A stretch of DNA of 64,000 nt from Nocardioides sp. REDSEA-S33_B3. GTDB taxonomy: Bacteria; Actinomycetota; Actinomycetes; Propionibacteriales; Nocardioidaceae. The stretch covers positions 8,233-72,232 of the forward strand of contig LUPK01000042.1 in assembly GCA_001627335.1 (NCBI GenBank), in the 5' to 3' direction. Positions within the stretch are counted from its first letter, which is position 1. Each line of letters starts with the position of its first letter. The notes under the pieces were generated by a model. It was given only the letters and a program-made list of their open reading frames with translations, ran no database searches and had not been told where the DNA came from. The position numbers and the translations under genes were made by a program. Positions 1 through 9,803 of the stretch are shown here, piece after piece.

Positions 1-1
1 C

Positions 2-625
2 CTCGGCACCAAGGTCGACCCGACCCGGGCCGTGATCCGCGTGGAGGGCCGACGGCTGCCGCCGGTCTCGCCGCACGTCTACCTGGTGCTCAACAAGCCT
101 CGGGGCGTCGTGTCCACGATGTCCGACCCCGAGGGCCGCCGCTGCCTGGGCGACGTGGTCGCCGACCGCCCGGAGCGACTCTTCCACGTCGGACGGCTCG
201 ACACCGACACCTCGGGGCTGCTGCTGCTCACCAACGACGGTGACTTCGCCCAGCGGATGGCCCACCCGTCCTACGAGGTCGACAAGACCTACGTCGCCGA
301 GGTCGAGGGCGAGGTGTTCCCCCGCACGCTCAAGCAGCTCAAGGAGGGCGTCGAGCTCGACGACGGCCCGGTGGCCGTGAGCAGCGTCAAGGTCGTCGCC
401 GGGCGGCACGGCCGCAACCAGCCGGGGCGCTCCGTCGTGGAGCTGGTCATCCACGAGGGCCGCAACCGGATCGTCCGCCGCCTCCTCGCCCACGTCGGGC
501 ACCCGGTCAAGCAGCTGACCCGCACGAGGATCGGGCCGGTGCAGCTGGGCCGCCTGGGGGTGGGGGAGATCCGTGACCTGACCAGCGAGGAGCTCGGCCT
601 GCTGCTGGACAGCGCGCAGCTGTGA
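2..625 (+). CDS. rluB: rRNA pseudouridine synthase (RluB/RsuA family), 5' truncated by window edge
   Basis: LNKPRG, catalytic GRLD motif and EGRNR motif; upstream of aroH-tyrA-cmk-der. Confidence 0.9.
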   Translation, partial: LGTKVDPTRAVIRVEGRRLPPVSPHVYLVLNKPRGVVSTMSDPEGRRCLGDVVADRPERLFHVGRLDTDTSGLLLLTNDGDFAQRMAHPSYEVDKTYVAEVEGEVFPRTLKQLKEGVELDDGPVAVSSVKVVAGRHGRNQPGRSVVELVIHEGRNRIVRRLLAHVGHPVKQLTRTRIGPVQLGRLGVGEIRDLTSEELGLLLDSAQL

Positions 626-683
626 GACCGGCGGGTCAGTAGCCTGACCCCGCACACCAGGACGGACGAGGGAAGGACACACC

Positions 684-1073
684 GTGGCGGTTCGGGCCAT
701 CCGGGGAGCGACGCAGCTCGAGGAGGACGTGCGTGACCACATGCTCGAGCGGGTCGCGGAGATGGTCACCGACGTCATGGAGGCCAACGGCCTCGAGGTC
801 GACGACTTCATCTCGGTGATCTTCACCGCGACGAGCGACCTGGTCTCGGAGTTCCCGGCGTACGCCGCACGCCGCCTCGGGTTCGGGGAGATCCCGTTGA
901 TCTGCGCGCGCGAGCTGGAGATCGACGGGTCCATGCCGCGCTGCGTGCGGATGATGGCGCACGTCGAGACCGACCTGCCGCGCGCGGACATCACCCACGT
1001 CTACCTGCACGGCGCGGCGGCGCTGCGCTCGGACCTGACGCGCGTGCGCTCGGTGCCCGACGGTGACGAGTGA
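684..1073 (+). CDS. aroH: chorismate mutase, AroH type
   Basis: N-terminal VRAIRGAT, FPA, and HVYLHGAAALRSDL C-terminal motif. Confidence 0.93.
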   Translation: MAVRAIRGATQLEEDVRDHMLERVAEMVTDVMEANGLEVDDFISVIFTATSDLVSEFPAYAARRLGFGEIPLICARELEIDGSMPRCVRMMAHVETDLPRADITHVYLHGAAALRSDLTRVRSVPDGDE

Positions 1074-1076
1074 TCG

Positions 1077-2162
1077 ATGAGTGAGAACCGCCAGCGGGGC
1101 GAGTGGCTCACCGGCCCGGTCCTCGTGGTCGGCGCCGGGCTGCTCGGCACCTCGGTCGGCCTGGCGTGCCGTCGCTCGGGCCTCGAGGTGCTGCTGAGCG
1201 ACCTCGCCGGTGAGCACGTGCGCACCGCCTCGGGCATGGGCGCCGGGCGAGCCCTGGTCGACGGCGACTCGCCCCAGCTGGTAGTCGTCGCGGTGCCGCC
1301 CGACCACCTGGGCACGGCGGTGGCTGCAGCGCTGGAGGCGCACCCGGACGCGGTCGTGACCGACGTGGGCAGCGTCAAGACGGGCCCGTGGCGGGCCGTG
1401 GCCGACAGCCCCGCCTCCGACCGGTACGTCGGGGGGCACCCGATGGCCGGCAGCGAGCGGTCCGGGCCCCTGGCCGCCTCGGCCTCACTCTTCGACGGAC
1501 GGCCCTGGGCCATCACCCCGCACGCGGAGAGCCGACCGGCCGCCGTGGAGGTCGTGGAGGACCTCGTGCGGCTCTGCGGCGGCGTACCCGTCTGGTTGAC
1601 GCCGGAGGAGCACGACCGCGCCGTGGCGCGCACCAGCCACGTCCCGCACCTGCTGTCGGTGCTGGCCGCGGCGCGCCTGGCCGAGGGCCCGGAGAACCAC
1701 CTGGCCCTGTCGGGCCAGGGGGTCCGTGACGTGACCCGGGTGGCCGCGGGCGACCCGCGGCTCTACAGCCAGATCGTCGGCGCCAACGCGGGGGCCGTGC
1801 TCGACCTCCTCACCGAGGTCCGCGCCCAGCTCGACAGCGTGATCGCTGCGGTGGGCGCCGGTGACCGGGCCGGGCTCGAGGAGCTGCTGGCCACGGGAGT
1901 GGCCGGCACCCGGGTGATCCCCGCCAAGCACGGCGGCCCGGCGCGACCGATGCGCTCGGTGTGGGTGTCGGTGCCCGACCACCCCGGCGAGCTGGCGCGG
2001 CTGCTGGGCGACGCGGTCGCCTCCGAGGTCAACGTCGAGGACATCCGCATCGACCACGACCCCGGTCGCCCGGTCGGTCTGGTGGAGCTGGTGGTCGAGG
2101 ACAGCAGGGCCGAGCACCTGCTGGTCTCTCTGGAGTCTCGTGGTTGGGAGACTCACCGGTAG
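1077..2162 (+). CDS. tyrA: prephenate dehydrogenase with C-terminal ACT domain
   Basis: GAGLLG Rossmann motif, DVGSVK, GGHPMAGSE, HD..SHVPH, ACT-like VPDHPGELA. Confidence 0.92.
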   Translation: MSENRQRGEWLTGPVLVVGAGLLGTSVGLACRRSGLEVLLSDLAGEHVRTASGMGAGRALVDGDSPQLVVVAVPPDHLGTAVAAALEAHPDAVVTDVGSVKTGPWRAVADSPASDRYVGGHPMAGSERSGPLAASASLFDGRPWAITPHAESRPAAVEVVEDLVRLCGGVPVWLTPEEHDRAVARTSHVPHLLSVLAAARLAEGPENHLALSGQGVRDVTRVAAGDPRLYSQIVGANAGAVLDLLTEVRAQLDSVIAAVGAGDRAGLEELLATGVAGTRVIPAKHGGPARPMRSVWVSVPDHPGELARLLGDAVASEVNVEDIRIDHDPGRPVGLVELVVEDSRAEHLLVSLESRGWETHR

Positions 2163-2173
2163 GCTGCCGCCCC

Positions 2174-2890
2174 GTGAGCGACACCCAGCACCCCTCCCAC
2201 CACGACCGGACCACCGGGCTCGTGGTGGCCGTGGACGGCACCTCCGGCTCGGGCAAGTCGAGCACCTGCCGAGCGGTCGCGGGTCGCCTCGGCCTGGCCT
2301 ACCTCGACACCGGCGCGATGTACCGCGCGATGACCTGGTGGATGCTCGAGCACGGCGTGGACGTCCACGACGCCGCCGCGGTGGCGCTGCGCAGCGGCGA
2401 GGCGACGGTGGTCTCCGGCACCGACCCGGCCGCCCCGACCATCCACGTCGACGGCACCGACGTGTCCGAACCGATCCGCGGTGAGGCCGTCACCGGTGCC
2501 GTGTCGCCGGTCGCGACCGTCAAGGAGGTCCGCGAGCGGATGGTGGCGCTGCAGCGCGCGATCATCGCCGAGAAGACCAGCACCGGACCCGGCATCGTCG
2601 TCGAGGGACGCGACATCGCCAGCCACGTGGCCCCCGACGCGCAGGTGAAGGTCTACCTGACCGCCGACCCCGCGGCCCGTGCCGCGCGCCGCGCCGCGGA
2701 GGAGGGCGGCAGCGACCTGGCTGCCACCGAGGCCGTGCTGCGCAGCCGCGACGAGATCGACTCCGGCCGGGAGACCTCGCCGCTGACGATGGTCGACGGC
2801 GCCGCGCACATCGACTCCACCCACCTCACCCTCGACCAGGTCATCGAGGAGGTCGTGGCGCTGGTCCGGGCGGCGGAGGTGCAGGCGTGA
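2174..2890 (+). CDS. cmk: cytidylate kinase
   Basis: [12 protein letters not shown]-loop, [13 protein letters not shown]; GTG at 2174 chosen within the ORF starting 1961. Confidence 0.95.
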   Translation: MSDTQHPSHHDRTTGLVVAVDGTSGSGKSSTCRAVAGRLGLAYLDTGAMYRAMTWWMLEHGVDVHDAAAVALRSGEATVVSGTDPAAPTIHVDGTDVSEPIRGEAVTGAVSPVATVKEVRERMVALQRAIIAEKTSTGPGIVVEGRDIASHVAPDAQVKVYLTADPAARAARRAAEEGGSDLAATEAVLRSRDEIDSGRETSPLTMVDGAAHIDSTHLTLDQVIEEVVALVRAAEVQA

Positions 2891-3657
2891 ACGCCCACCT
2901 CGAGCTGCCGCGCACCGACACGGTGCCGCACCCCAAGCGCTACCTCCTCGAGCCGCTGCGGCCGCTCGCACGCTGGATCATCCGGCGGCGGTACGACGTC
3001 GTCGTGCACCACCCGGAGCGGGTGCCGGCCACGGGGCCGGTCGTCTTCGCCGCCAACCACGCCGGGGTGATCGACGGGCCGCTGCTGGCCATCTTCGCGC
3101 CCCGGCCGGTGCACGCGCTGACCAAGATCGAGATGTTCGGCGGGCGGCTCGGCACGTTCCTACTGCACTCGGGCCAGGTGCCGCTGGACCGGTTCCGCAC
3201 GGACGTGGCAGCCGTGCGCAGCTGCCTGCGGGTGCTGCGCGACGGTCGGGCGATCGGCATCTTCCCCGAGGGTCGTCGCGGGTCCGGCGAGCTGGAGCGG
3301 TTCCACCGCGGCGCGGCCTACTTCGCGCTGGCCGCGGGGGCCACCGTGGTCCCGGTGTCCTTCTTCGGCACCCGGGAGCCAGGTGCGGCCAGCGGGTCGC
3401 TCCCGCCCCGTGGGGGCCGGATCGACGTCGTGATCGGCAGGCCCACCGGCGTACCCGCTCGTGCGTGGCCGCGCACGCGGGAACAGGTGGAGGCCACCTC
3501 GCGTTCCCTCTGGGAGCACATGCGCGCGGAGCTCGACGACGCGCGCCGTCTGACAGGTCGAGAGCTGCCGGGGCCGTTGCCCCCGGGCGACCTCGAGCCC
3601 GACCCCGCGACCGGGGTCCTCAGCCTTCCCGAAGCACCCGACACAGGAGCACCATGA
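2887..3657 (+). CDS. lysophospholipid acyltransferase (PlsC family)
   Basis: NHxxxxD and FPEG motifs; sits between cmk and der. Confidence 0.9.
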   Translation: MNAHLELPRTDTVPHPKRYLLEPLRPLARWIIRRRYDVVVHHPERVPATGPVVFAANHAGVIDGPLLAIFAPRPVHALTKIEMFGGRLGTFLLHSGQVPLDRFRTDVAAVRSCLRVLRDGRAIGIFPEGRRGSGELERFHRGAAYFALAAGATVVPVSFFGTREPGAASGSLPPRGGRIDVVIGRPTGVPARAWPRTREQVEATSRSLWEHMRAELDDARRLTGRELPGPLPPGDLEPDPATGVLSLPEAPDTGAP

Positions 3658-5018
3658 CCGAGCAGTCCGACCAGCCCCTCGACGCGACGCCCGGCGGCGA
3701 CGCTCGGGTGCCCGTGCTGGCCATCGTGGGACGCCCCAACGTCGGCAAGTCCACCCTGGTCAACCGCATCATCGGCCGCCGCGAGGCGGTCGTCGAGGAC
3801 ATTCCCGGCGTCACGCGCGACCGGGTGCCCTACGACGCGTCCTGGAACGGTCGCGCGTTCACCGTCGTCGACACCGGCGGCTGGGACCCCGACGCGCGCG
3901 GCATGGCCCAGCGCATCGCGGGTCAGGCCGAGATCGCGATCTCCCTGGCCGACGCGGTCCTCTTCGTCGTCGACGCCACCGTCGGCATCACCGACGCCGA
4001 CGAGGCTGTCGTGCGGATCCTGCGCAAGGCCGACAAGCCGGTCGTCCTGGCCGCCAACAAGGTCGACGACGCACGGACCGAGGCCGAGGCGTACTCGCTG
4101 TGGAACCTCGGGCTCGGCGAGCCCTACCCGGTCTCCGCGCTGCACGGCCGGGGCTCAGGCGACATGCTCGACGCGATCCTCAAGGCGCTGCCCGAGACGC
4201 CGCCGGAGTCCGAGCCGGAGATCGGCGGGCCCCGTCGCATCGCGATCGTCGGGCGCCCCAACGTCGGGAAGTCCTCGCTGCTGAACAAGCTGGCGGGGGA
4301 GGAGCGCGTCGTCGTCGACAACGCCGCCGGCACCACCGTCGATCCCGTCGACGAGCTGGTCGAGCTCGGTGGCCGCACCTGGCGCTTCATCGACACCGCC
4401 GGCATCCGCAAGCGCGTGAAGTCGGCCTCGGGCCACGAGTACTACGCCTCGCTGCGCACCGCGACCGCCATCGACCGTGCCGAGGTGGCGGTGCTGGTGC
4501 TGGACGCGCAGCAGAACATCTCCGAGCAGGACGTCCGCATCCTGCAGACCGTCCGTGAGGCCGGCCGTGCGCTCGTCATCGCGTTCAACAAGTGGGACCT
4601 CGTCGACGAGGAGCGCCGCCACTTCCTGGAGCGCGAGATCGAGCGCGAGCTGGTGCAGGTCCAGTGGGCGCCGCGGATCAACGTGACCGCCCGGACCGGC
4701 TGGCACATCGACCGGCTGGTGCCGGCCCTGGACCGCGCCCTGGAGGGCTGGGAGACCCGCGTGGGCACCGGCGCGCTCAACACGTTCCTGGGCCGCCTGG
4801 TCGCCGAGCACCCGCACCCCGTCCGGAGCGGCAAGCAGCCGAAGGTGCTCTTCGGTACCCAGGCCACCACCGCGCCCCCGACGTTCATCCTGTTCACCTC
4901 CGGCAAGCTCGACGCCGCCTATGAGCGGTTCATCGAGCGCCGGCTGCGCGAGGAGTTCGGCTTCGTCGGCACCCCGATCGTGCTGCAGCAGCGTCCGCGG
5001 GAGAAGCGCAAGAGGTGA
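3654..5018 (+). CDS. der: ribosome biogenesis GTPase Der (EngA)
   Basis: Two GRPNVGKS P-loops, DTGG/DTAG, NKVD/NKWD; ATG at 3654 after AGGAG. Confidence 0.97.
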   Translation: MTEQSDQPLDATPGGDARVPVLAIVGRPNVGKSTLVNRIIGRREAVVEDIPGVTRDRVPYDASWNGRAFTVVDTGGWDPDARGMAQRIAGQAEIAISLADAVLFVVDATVGITDADEAVVRILRKADKPVVLAANKVDDARTEAEAYSLWNLGLGEPYPVSALHGRGSGDMLDAILKALPETPPESEPEIGGPRRIAIVGRPNVGKSSLLNKLAGEERVVVDNAAGTTVDPVDELVELGGRTWRFIDTAGIRKRVKSASGHEYYASLRTATAIDRAEVAVLVLDAQQNISEQDVRILQTVREAGRALVIAFNKWDLVDEERRHFLEREIERELVQVQWAPRINVTARTGWHIDRLVPALDRALEGWETRVGTGALNTFLGRLVAEHPHPVRSGKQPKVLFGTQATTAPPTFILFTSGKLDAAYERFIERRLREEFGFVGTPIVLQQRPREKRKR

Positions 5019-5100
5019 CGTCTCGCCCCGATTCCGGGGTCAGGAGCACGCTGTTGTAGTGTTCACGCGCCGCGAGGTCGCGATCCGACTGAGCGGCGTT

Positions 5101-5178
<78 letters not shown>

Positions 5179-5181
5179 TCA

Positions 5182-5219
5182 GAGGGTCACTTTCGGCGGA
5201 AACGCTGGGAGTGACCCTC
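5182..5219 (+). terminator. GAAA-tetraloop hairpin downstream of tRNA-Pro
   Basis: GAGGGTCACTTTCGGCG-GAAA-CGCTGGGAGTGACCCTC stem-loop with G-U pairs. Confidence 0.6.
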
Positions 5220-5433
5220 GTCCGGTTTCGAGCCGATCTGCCAAAGTCACGGTTTACTCGCGGTTTTGCGTCCCGCGACTGGCGCGAAGCAGCCTGACGC
5301 CGGTTGAGCGAGGTGAGCCGTCAGGGTGACTCGCTTGTCGGTGGCGCCTGTGATGGTGCTGCCATGAGAACTGCGTGTACGGCTAGCCACGACATGCCCA
5401 GCGATAAGTGGTGAATCGCACTGGGTTTCGTTC

Positions 5434-6372
5434 CTATGCGTTCCCTTGGCCAGCGAGTGCTGGCCGGGGTGATTCTTGGGCAGCGTAGTACGCCGCCTCG
5501 ACCTCGAGCGGGGTCCTCATGTCGAGCTCCCCGTGCAGGCGCTGGTTGTTCCACCACCACACGTACTCCAGCGTCGCGAGTTCGACCTGCTCGATCGTGC
5601 GCCACGGCCCACGCCTGCGGATCAGCTCGGTCTTGTACAGCCCGTTGACCGCCTCCGCGAGGGCGCTATCGAAGGAGCCGCCGACGGTGCCCGTGGATGG
5701 CTTCGCTCCGAGTTCGCCGATCCGGTCGGTGTAGACGATCGAGAGGTAGTTCGACCCGTGGTCGGCGTGGTGGACCAGCCCGGTCAGATCAACGGCGCCC
5801 TCGCGCTTGGCGTCCCAGGCGGCCATGTCGAGTGCCTGCAGCGGGAGGATGTCGGCCTTCAACGTCGCAGCGACGTTCCACCCAGCGATCCGCCGGGAGT
5901 AGACGTGGGTCACGAACGCCACGTAGGCGAACCCCGACCAGGTCGCGACGTAGGTGATGTCGACAACCCACAGGCGCCGCGGCGCTGGGGCGTGGAAGCG
6001 GCGTGGGACCAGGTCGGCCGGCTTCACCGCCGCCGGGTCCGGCTTAGTGGTGAACACCTTCTTCGACCGCTTCACCCCCCGCACGTCGGCGATCTTCATC
6101 AGCCGCGCGGTCTGGTCGCGCCCGATCTCCCAGCCTTGCCGTCGCATCAGGGCGTGCATCTTCCGCACCCCGTAGACGTCGTAATTCTCCGAGTGCAACC
6201 GGACGATCTCCGGGACGAGCAGGTCGTCCTTGAGCTGACGGGCCGAGGGCGGCCGTGTCTTCGCGGCGCGGTAACCACGGGTGGTGATAAACCCACTCAC
6301 TGCCGGGCGTAGCACCTGGCAGATGGCCTCGACCCCGAACTGATCCTTGTGCTCGTCGATGTAGCGGATCAC
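5434..6372 (-). CDS. IS3 transposase OrfB (DDE domain)
   Basis: YGVRKM, WVVDITY, HHADHGSNY, LAEAVNGLYKTE, WWWNNQRLH. Confidence 0.9.
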   Translation of the reverse strand: MIRYIDEHKDQFGVEAICQVLRPAVSGFITTRGYRAAKTRPPSARQLKDDLLVPEIVRLHSENYDVYGVRKMHALMRRQGWEIGRDQTARLMKIADVRGVKRSKKVFTTKPDPAAVKPADLVPRRFHAPAPRRLWVVDITYVATWSGFAYVAFVTHVYSRRIAGWNVAATLKADILPLQALDMAAWDAKREGAVDLTGLVHHADHGSNYLSIVYTDRIGELGAKPSTGTVGGSFDSALAEAVNGLYKTELIRRRGPWRTIEQVELATLEYVWWWNNQRLHGELDMRTPLEVEAAYYAAQESPRPALAGQGNA

Positions 6373-6680
6373 TTCGTCGTGGGACGGTCGAGCTCCTTGG
6401 CGAAAAACACCGATGCGAACTTCAAGATCTCATTTGCCCGGCGAAGCTCAGCAACCTTGCGCTTGAGGCGCTTGATCTCCTCCCCATCCTCCGAGGTCGT
6501 CCCCGGACGAACTCCGGCATCGACCTGGGCGCGGTGGACCCACAGCCGCAGGGTCTCGACGTTCATCCCCAACAGTCCCGCGACGTGCCGCAGCGCGGCC
6601 GTCTCGTGCGGGTGCTCCGGGCGGACCTCGGCCACCATCAGGACCGCCCGCTCACGCATCTCGTTCGTGTACCTGGCCAT
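6369..6680 (-). CDS. IS3 transposase OrfA (HTH)
   Basis: RYTNEMRERAV, ETLRLWV, ELRRANEILK..SVFFAKELDR; GTGA overlap with orfB; T5C tract near 6402-6407 is a possible -1 frameshift site. Confidence 0.9.
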   Translation of the reverse strand: MARYTNEMRERAVLMVAEVRPEHPHETAALRHVAGLLGMNVETLRLWVHRAQVDAGVRPGTTSEDGEEIKRLKRKVAELRRANEILKFASVFFAKELDRPTTK

Positions 6681-6901
6681 CGTTCCCATCCTGACTCATC
6701 GAGCGGAACGAAACCCAGTGCGAGTCAGCACCGTGGTCGCGCTTGTCCAGGACGCCCAGAAAGCCATCGAGCTCTCTCCCGACTTCCCGGGTGTAGCGAT
6801 GTGCAGGTGCGCACGTGGCCAGCGACCGGCCCGGATCTCCAAGGCGACGAACGGCACGAGCGACGCACATCTCTACGTGCCGACGGTGTGCCGCGCCGGT
6901 G

Positions 6902-7126
6902 TCATCTCAGACTGTCCGGGATGCAGCAGCGCTGTCGATCAGCTCGCTGCACCTGCTCGGTCACGCGGGGCCTCACCACGACGACGGACTCGGCCGCGTG
7001 GTTGCCGTAGCGGTCGACCGGACAGATGTCGTACGCGTGGGTGGCATCCGGGTCGAACCACCCGACGTCGCGGACGTAGACGAGGTCGTTGCCGCAGGTG
7101 CGGCAACGACCGGCCAGGTGCGTCAC
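6902..7126 (-). CDS. small hypothetical protein with CxxC...C...H (possible Zn-binding)
   Basis: THLAGRCRTCGNDLVYVRDVGWFDPDATHAYDICPVDRYGNH; co-directional with upstream genes. Confidence 0.5.
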   Translation of the reverse strand: MTHLAGRCRTCGNDLVYVRDVGWFDPDATHAYDICPVDRYGNHAAESVVVVRPRVTEQVQRADRQRCCIPDSLR

Positions 7127-7170
7127 TCGTTCCCGACGCACGAGTGCTCCATGTCGGTGTCGACCGGCGG

Positions 7171-8208
7171 TCACAGCTGCTCATCCCGGCCGGGGGCGGT
7201 GACGACGATGATGGGCTGGGTGTCAGGCAGCACTCGGCGCGGCCACCGACGTAGGTAGGCGAGACGCGCCGGTAGGTAGTCGGAGTCGCCGTGAACCAGG
7301 AGGCGAGCCGTCGCCGGCGACCAGGCGCCCTGGCGGAGCACGCCGACCTGCGTCGCCGAGCGACCGATGTTCCGCCACCAGGTCTTGTTGTCCGGGTGGC
7401 CGGGGACGACCACGAGGCGGTCGCCGTTCACGGCGTACTGGACGGGGAAGCGCATCCGGCGCCCGGAGCGGCGCCCGGTGACCTCGAGACCGATCACGGT
7501 GCGAGCGATCCCGGGCGCTCGGGAGCCGGCGAGCAGGTGGAGGACGAGGCGACCGCTCGCCGACGTGCCGTCGAGTGATGGGAGGAACCAGCCCGTCACC
7601 AGGCCGAGGATGGCGCCCGCGGTGACGCCGGTGAGGAGGCCGGTACCGATGATGGCTGCGACGGGCCAGCTCGCGTCCGGAGCGGTGGCCCCGAGGAAGA
7701 TGACGGTCATCGTGGGGGCCCAGCCGGCGGCGCTGGCGCCGATCCACCGCCACGGGTGGGCGACGGCGCCACGGAGGGTGGTGGCCTGGGCCGCACCCAG
7801 GACCAGCCCCATCACGACTCCGAGCACGGCGGCCATCGCCGCGATGGCCACGAGGGGTGGTGTATCGGTGGTGTCCCCGTCCGCGAAGGCGGCGGGCGCT
7901 GATGCTGCCGCCCAGCCGAGACCCGCTACCGCGACGGTGGCGACGCCAAAGAGTCGACGCGAAAGGGCGGGGAAGGCCTGGGCGAGGACGCCGCCCTGGA
8001 ACCAGCCCAGGGCGGCACCCTCGATGAGCCCGCCGACGACCACGAGGGCAAGCGCGGCGGCGGACCCGAGCCGGTCCGCCATGACGGCGGCGGACGAGGC
8101 GGCGGTCATGCCGATCGCCTCGGCCGCGACGCACGCCCGCAGCCACCGTCGTCGCAGGGCCGAGACCTGTGCCGGTGCCGCGGCGTGGTGCTGGGCGATG
8201 GACGGCAT
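7171..8208 (-). CDS. multi-pass membrane protein fused to C-terminal deazaflavin (F420)-dependent reductase-like domain
   Basis: About six hydrophobic helices, then LEVTGRRSGRRMRFPVQY..LVVVPGHPDNKTWWRNI typical of Ddn/FDOR-A proteins. Confidence 0.75.
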   Translation of the reverse strand: MPSIAQHHAAAPAQVSALRRRWLRACVAAEAIGMTAASSAAVMADRLGSAAALALVVVGGLIEGAALGWFQGGVLAQAFPALSRRLFGVATVAVAGLGWAAASAPAAFADGDTTDTPPLVAIAAMAAVLGVVMGLVLGAAQATTLRGAVAHPWRWIGASAAGWAPTMTVIFLGATAPDASWPVAAIIGTGLLTGVTAGAILGLVTGWFLPSLDGTSASGRLVLHLLAGSRAPGIARTVIGLEVTGRRSGRRMRFPVQYAVNGDRLVVVPGHPDNKTWWRNIGRSATQVGVLRQGAWSPATARLLVHGDSDYLPARLAYLRRWPRRVLPDTQPIIVVTAPGRDEQL

Positions 8209-8213
8209 GGACG

Positions 8214-9230
8214 TCAGAACTCGAAGACGATCCGGGCCGGCGCCCGGCCGGCGAGCACATCGTCGATGGCCTCGTTGACCTCATCGAGCTTGCGGGTATC
8301 GGCGATGACGCGCGTGCGGCCGCGGGCGTGGAGCTCGAAGACCTCGGTGAGGTCCTGGCGGGTGCCGACGATGGAGCCGATGACCGAGATGCCCTTGAGG
8401 ACGGTGGGGAAGATCGGCAGGGCCATCGGTCCCTCGGTCTCGGGCGGGAGCCCGACGCAGACCAGGCGGCCGCCGCGGCGCAGGGCCGCGAACGCGGTCT
8501 CGAAGACGCTCGGGATCACGGCGAGGACGATGGCCACGTCGGCGCCGCCGAGGGCTTCGAGGGCGGGGCCCGGGTCGGTCGTGCCGGCGTTGATGACGTG
8601 GTCGGCGCCGAGCTCGAGGGCCATCTCGAGCTTGGCGTCGTCGACGTCGACGGCGGTCACGGTAGCGCCGACGATCTTCGCGTACTGCAGCGCGAGGTGG
8701 CCGAGGCCGCCGATGCCGAAGATCGCGACCCGCTCGGTCGGGCGGATGCCCGCCACCTTCACGGCCTTGTACGTCGTCACACCCGCGCAGGTCAGGGGAG
8801 CCGCGTCGAAGGGAGTCACCCCGTCGGGCACGGGGACGACGTACGTCGCGTCGGCGACGGCGTACTCGGCGAAGCCGCCGTCGATGGAGTAGCCGGTGTT
8901 CTGCTGCTCCTCGCACAGGGTCTCCCAGCCGCGGACGCAGTGGTCGCAGTGGCCGCAGGCGTGGCCGAGCCAGGGGAGGGCGACGCGGTCACCGACCGCG
9001 CGGTGCGTGACTCCCTCGCCGAGAGCCTCGATGATGCCGACTCCTTCGTGCCCGGGCACGAAGGGCGGCGTCGGCTTGACGGGCCAGTCGCCGTGGGCGG
9101 CGTGGATGTCGGTGTGACACAGCCCGCTGGTCTCGATGCGGACGAGCACCTGGCCGGCGCCGGGCACGGGAACGTCTCGGTCCTGGATCTGCAGCGGCTC
9201 GGTGAAGCCGGTGACGACTGCTGCCTTCAT
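8214..9230 (-). CDS. adhP: zinc-dependent alcohol dehydrogenase (AdhP type)
   Basis: CHTD, GHEGVG, structural Zn C-x2-C-x2-C-x7-C, GIGGLG; ATG at 9230 after GAGGAGG. Confidence 0.93.
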   Translation of the reverse strand: MKAAVVTGFTEPLQIQDRDVPVPGAGQVLVRIETSGLCHTDIHAAHGDWPVKPTPPFVPGHEGVGIIEALGEGVTHRAVGDRVALPWLGHACGHCDHCVRGWETLCEEQQNTGYSIDGGFAEYAVADATYVVPVPDGVTPFDAAPLTCAGVTTYKAVKVAGIRPTERVAIFGIGGLGHLALQYAKIVGATVTAVDVDDAKLEMALELGADHVINAGTTDPGPALEALGGADVAIVLAVIPSVFETAFAALRRGGRLVCVGLPPETEGPMALPIFPTVLKGISVIGSIVGTRQDLTEVFELHARGRTRVIADTRKLDEVNEAIDDVLAGRAPARIVFEF

Positions 9231-9276
9231 GGGGGTCCTCCTCGGTCGGGGTGTGTCTCCAACCTCGCGGCTCGTC

Positions 9277-9325
9277 GGGCCGACCGGCAGGGGCCCAGGT
9301 CCTGTCGGCGCATGGCCTTCGGCTC
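9277..9325. promoter_or_regulatory. three DosR/OsdR-like palindromic boxes in the divergent adhP/PNPOx intergenic region
   Basis: GGGCCGACCGGCAG (9277), GGGGCCCAGGTCCT (9290), ATGGCCTTCGGCTC (9312) vs consensus GGG(A/C)C-N4-G(T/G)CCC. Confidence 0.5.
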
Positions 9326-9389
9326 TGCGCTCGCGGGTCCGGGGCGCGGAGGATGGGGCTGAGCCCCACCACGACCGAGGAGGCGGACG

Positions 9390-9794
9390 ATGGACAACAA
9401 GACCGACACCGCGATCAGCGTCGAGGAGTGTTGGGACCTGCTCGAGGCCCACTCGTTCGGCCGGCTCGCTTACCGGCTCGTGGACGAGGTGCACGTCGTC
9501 CCCCTCGACTATGCGGTAGCGGGGAGGTCGGTGTACGTCCGCACCCACGCGGGCAACAAGCTGCTCGCCGCCGCGCTCTCCTCCGACGTCGCCCTCGAGA
9601 TCGACTGCGACGCCGGTGATCATGCCTGGTCCGTGGTGGCGCGGGGTCGCCTGCGCCGGCTGGATCCACCCGAACTGCCGCCGGCGGTGGACTTCCCGCA
9701 GCGGCCGTGGTTCGACGAGCTCGCTTCCGAGATCGTCGAGCTGGTCGCCGACGCGATCGCGGGGCGGCGGTTCGGCACCGTCGGCGCCTCCTAG
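9390..9794 (+). CDS. pyridoxamine 5'-phosphate oxidase-like flavin-binding protein
   Basis: EECWDLL..FGRLA, GNKL, ALEID, AWSVVARG split-barrel signature. Confidence 0.85.
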   Translation: MDNKTDTAISVEECWDLLEAHSFGRLAYRLVDEVHVVPLDYAVAGRSVYVRTHAGNKLLAAALSSDVALEIDCDAGDHAWSVVARGRLRRLDPPELPPAVDFPQRPWFDELASEIVELVADAIAGRRFGTVGAS

Positions 9795-9803
9795 GCTGGC
9801 TGC

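Larger units (their letters stand above)
5412..6727 (-). mobile_element. IS3-family insertion sequence (1316 bp)
   Basis: 23-bp terminal inverted repeats TGA(A/C)TCGCACTGGGTTTCGTTCC with 1 mismatch, TG...CA ends, orfA/orfB organisation. Confidence 0.93.
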
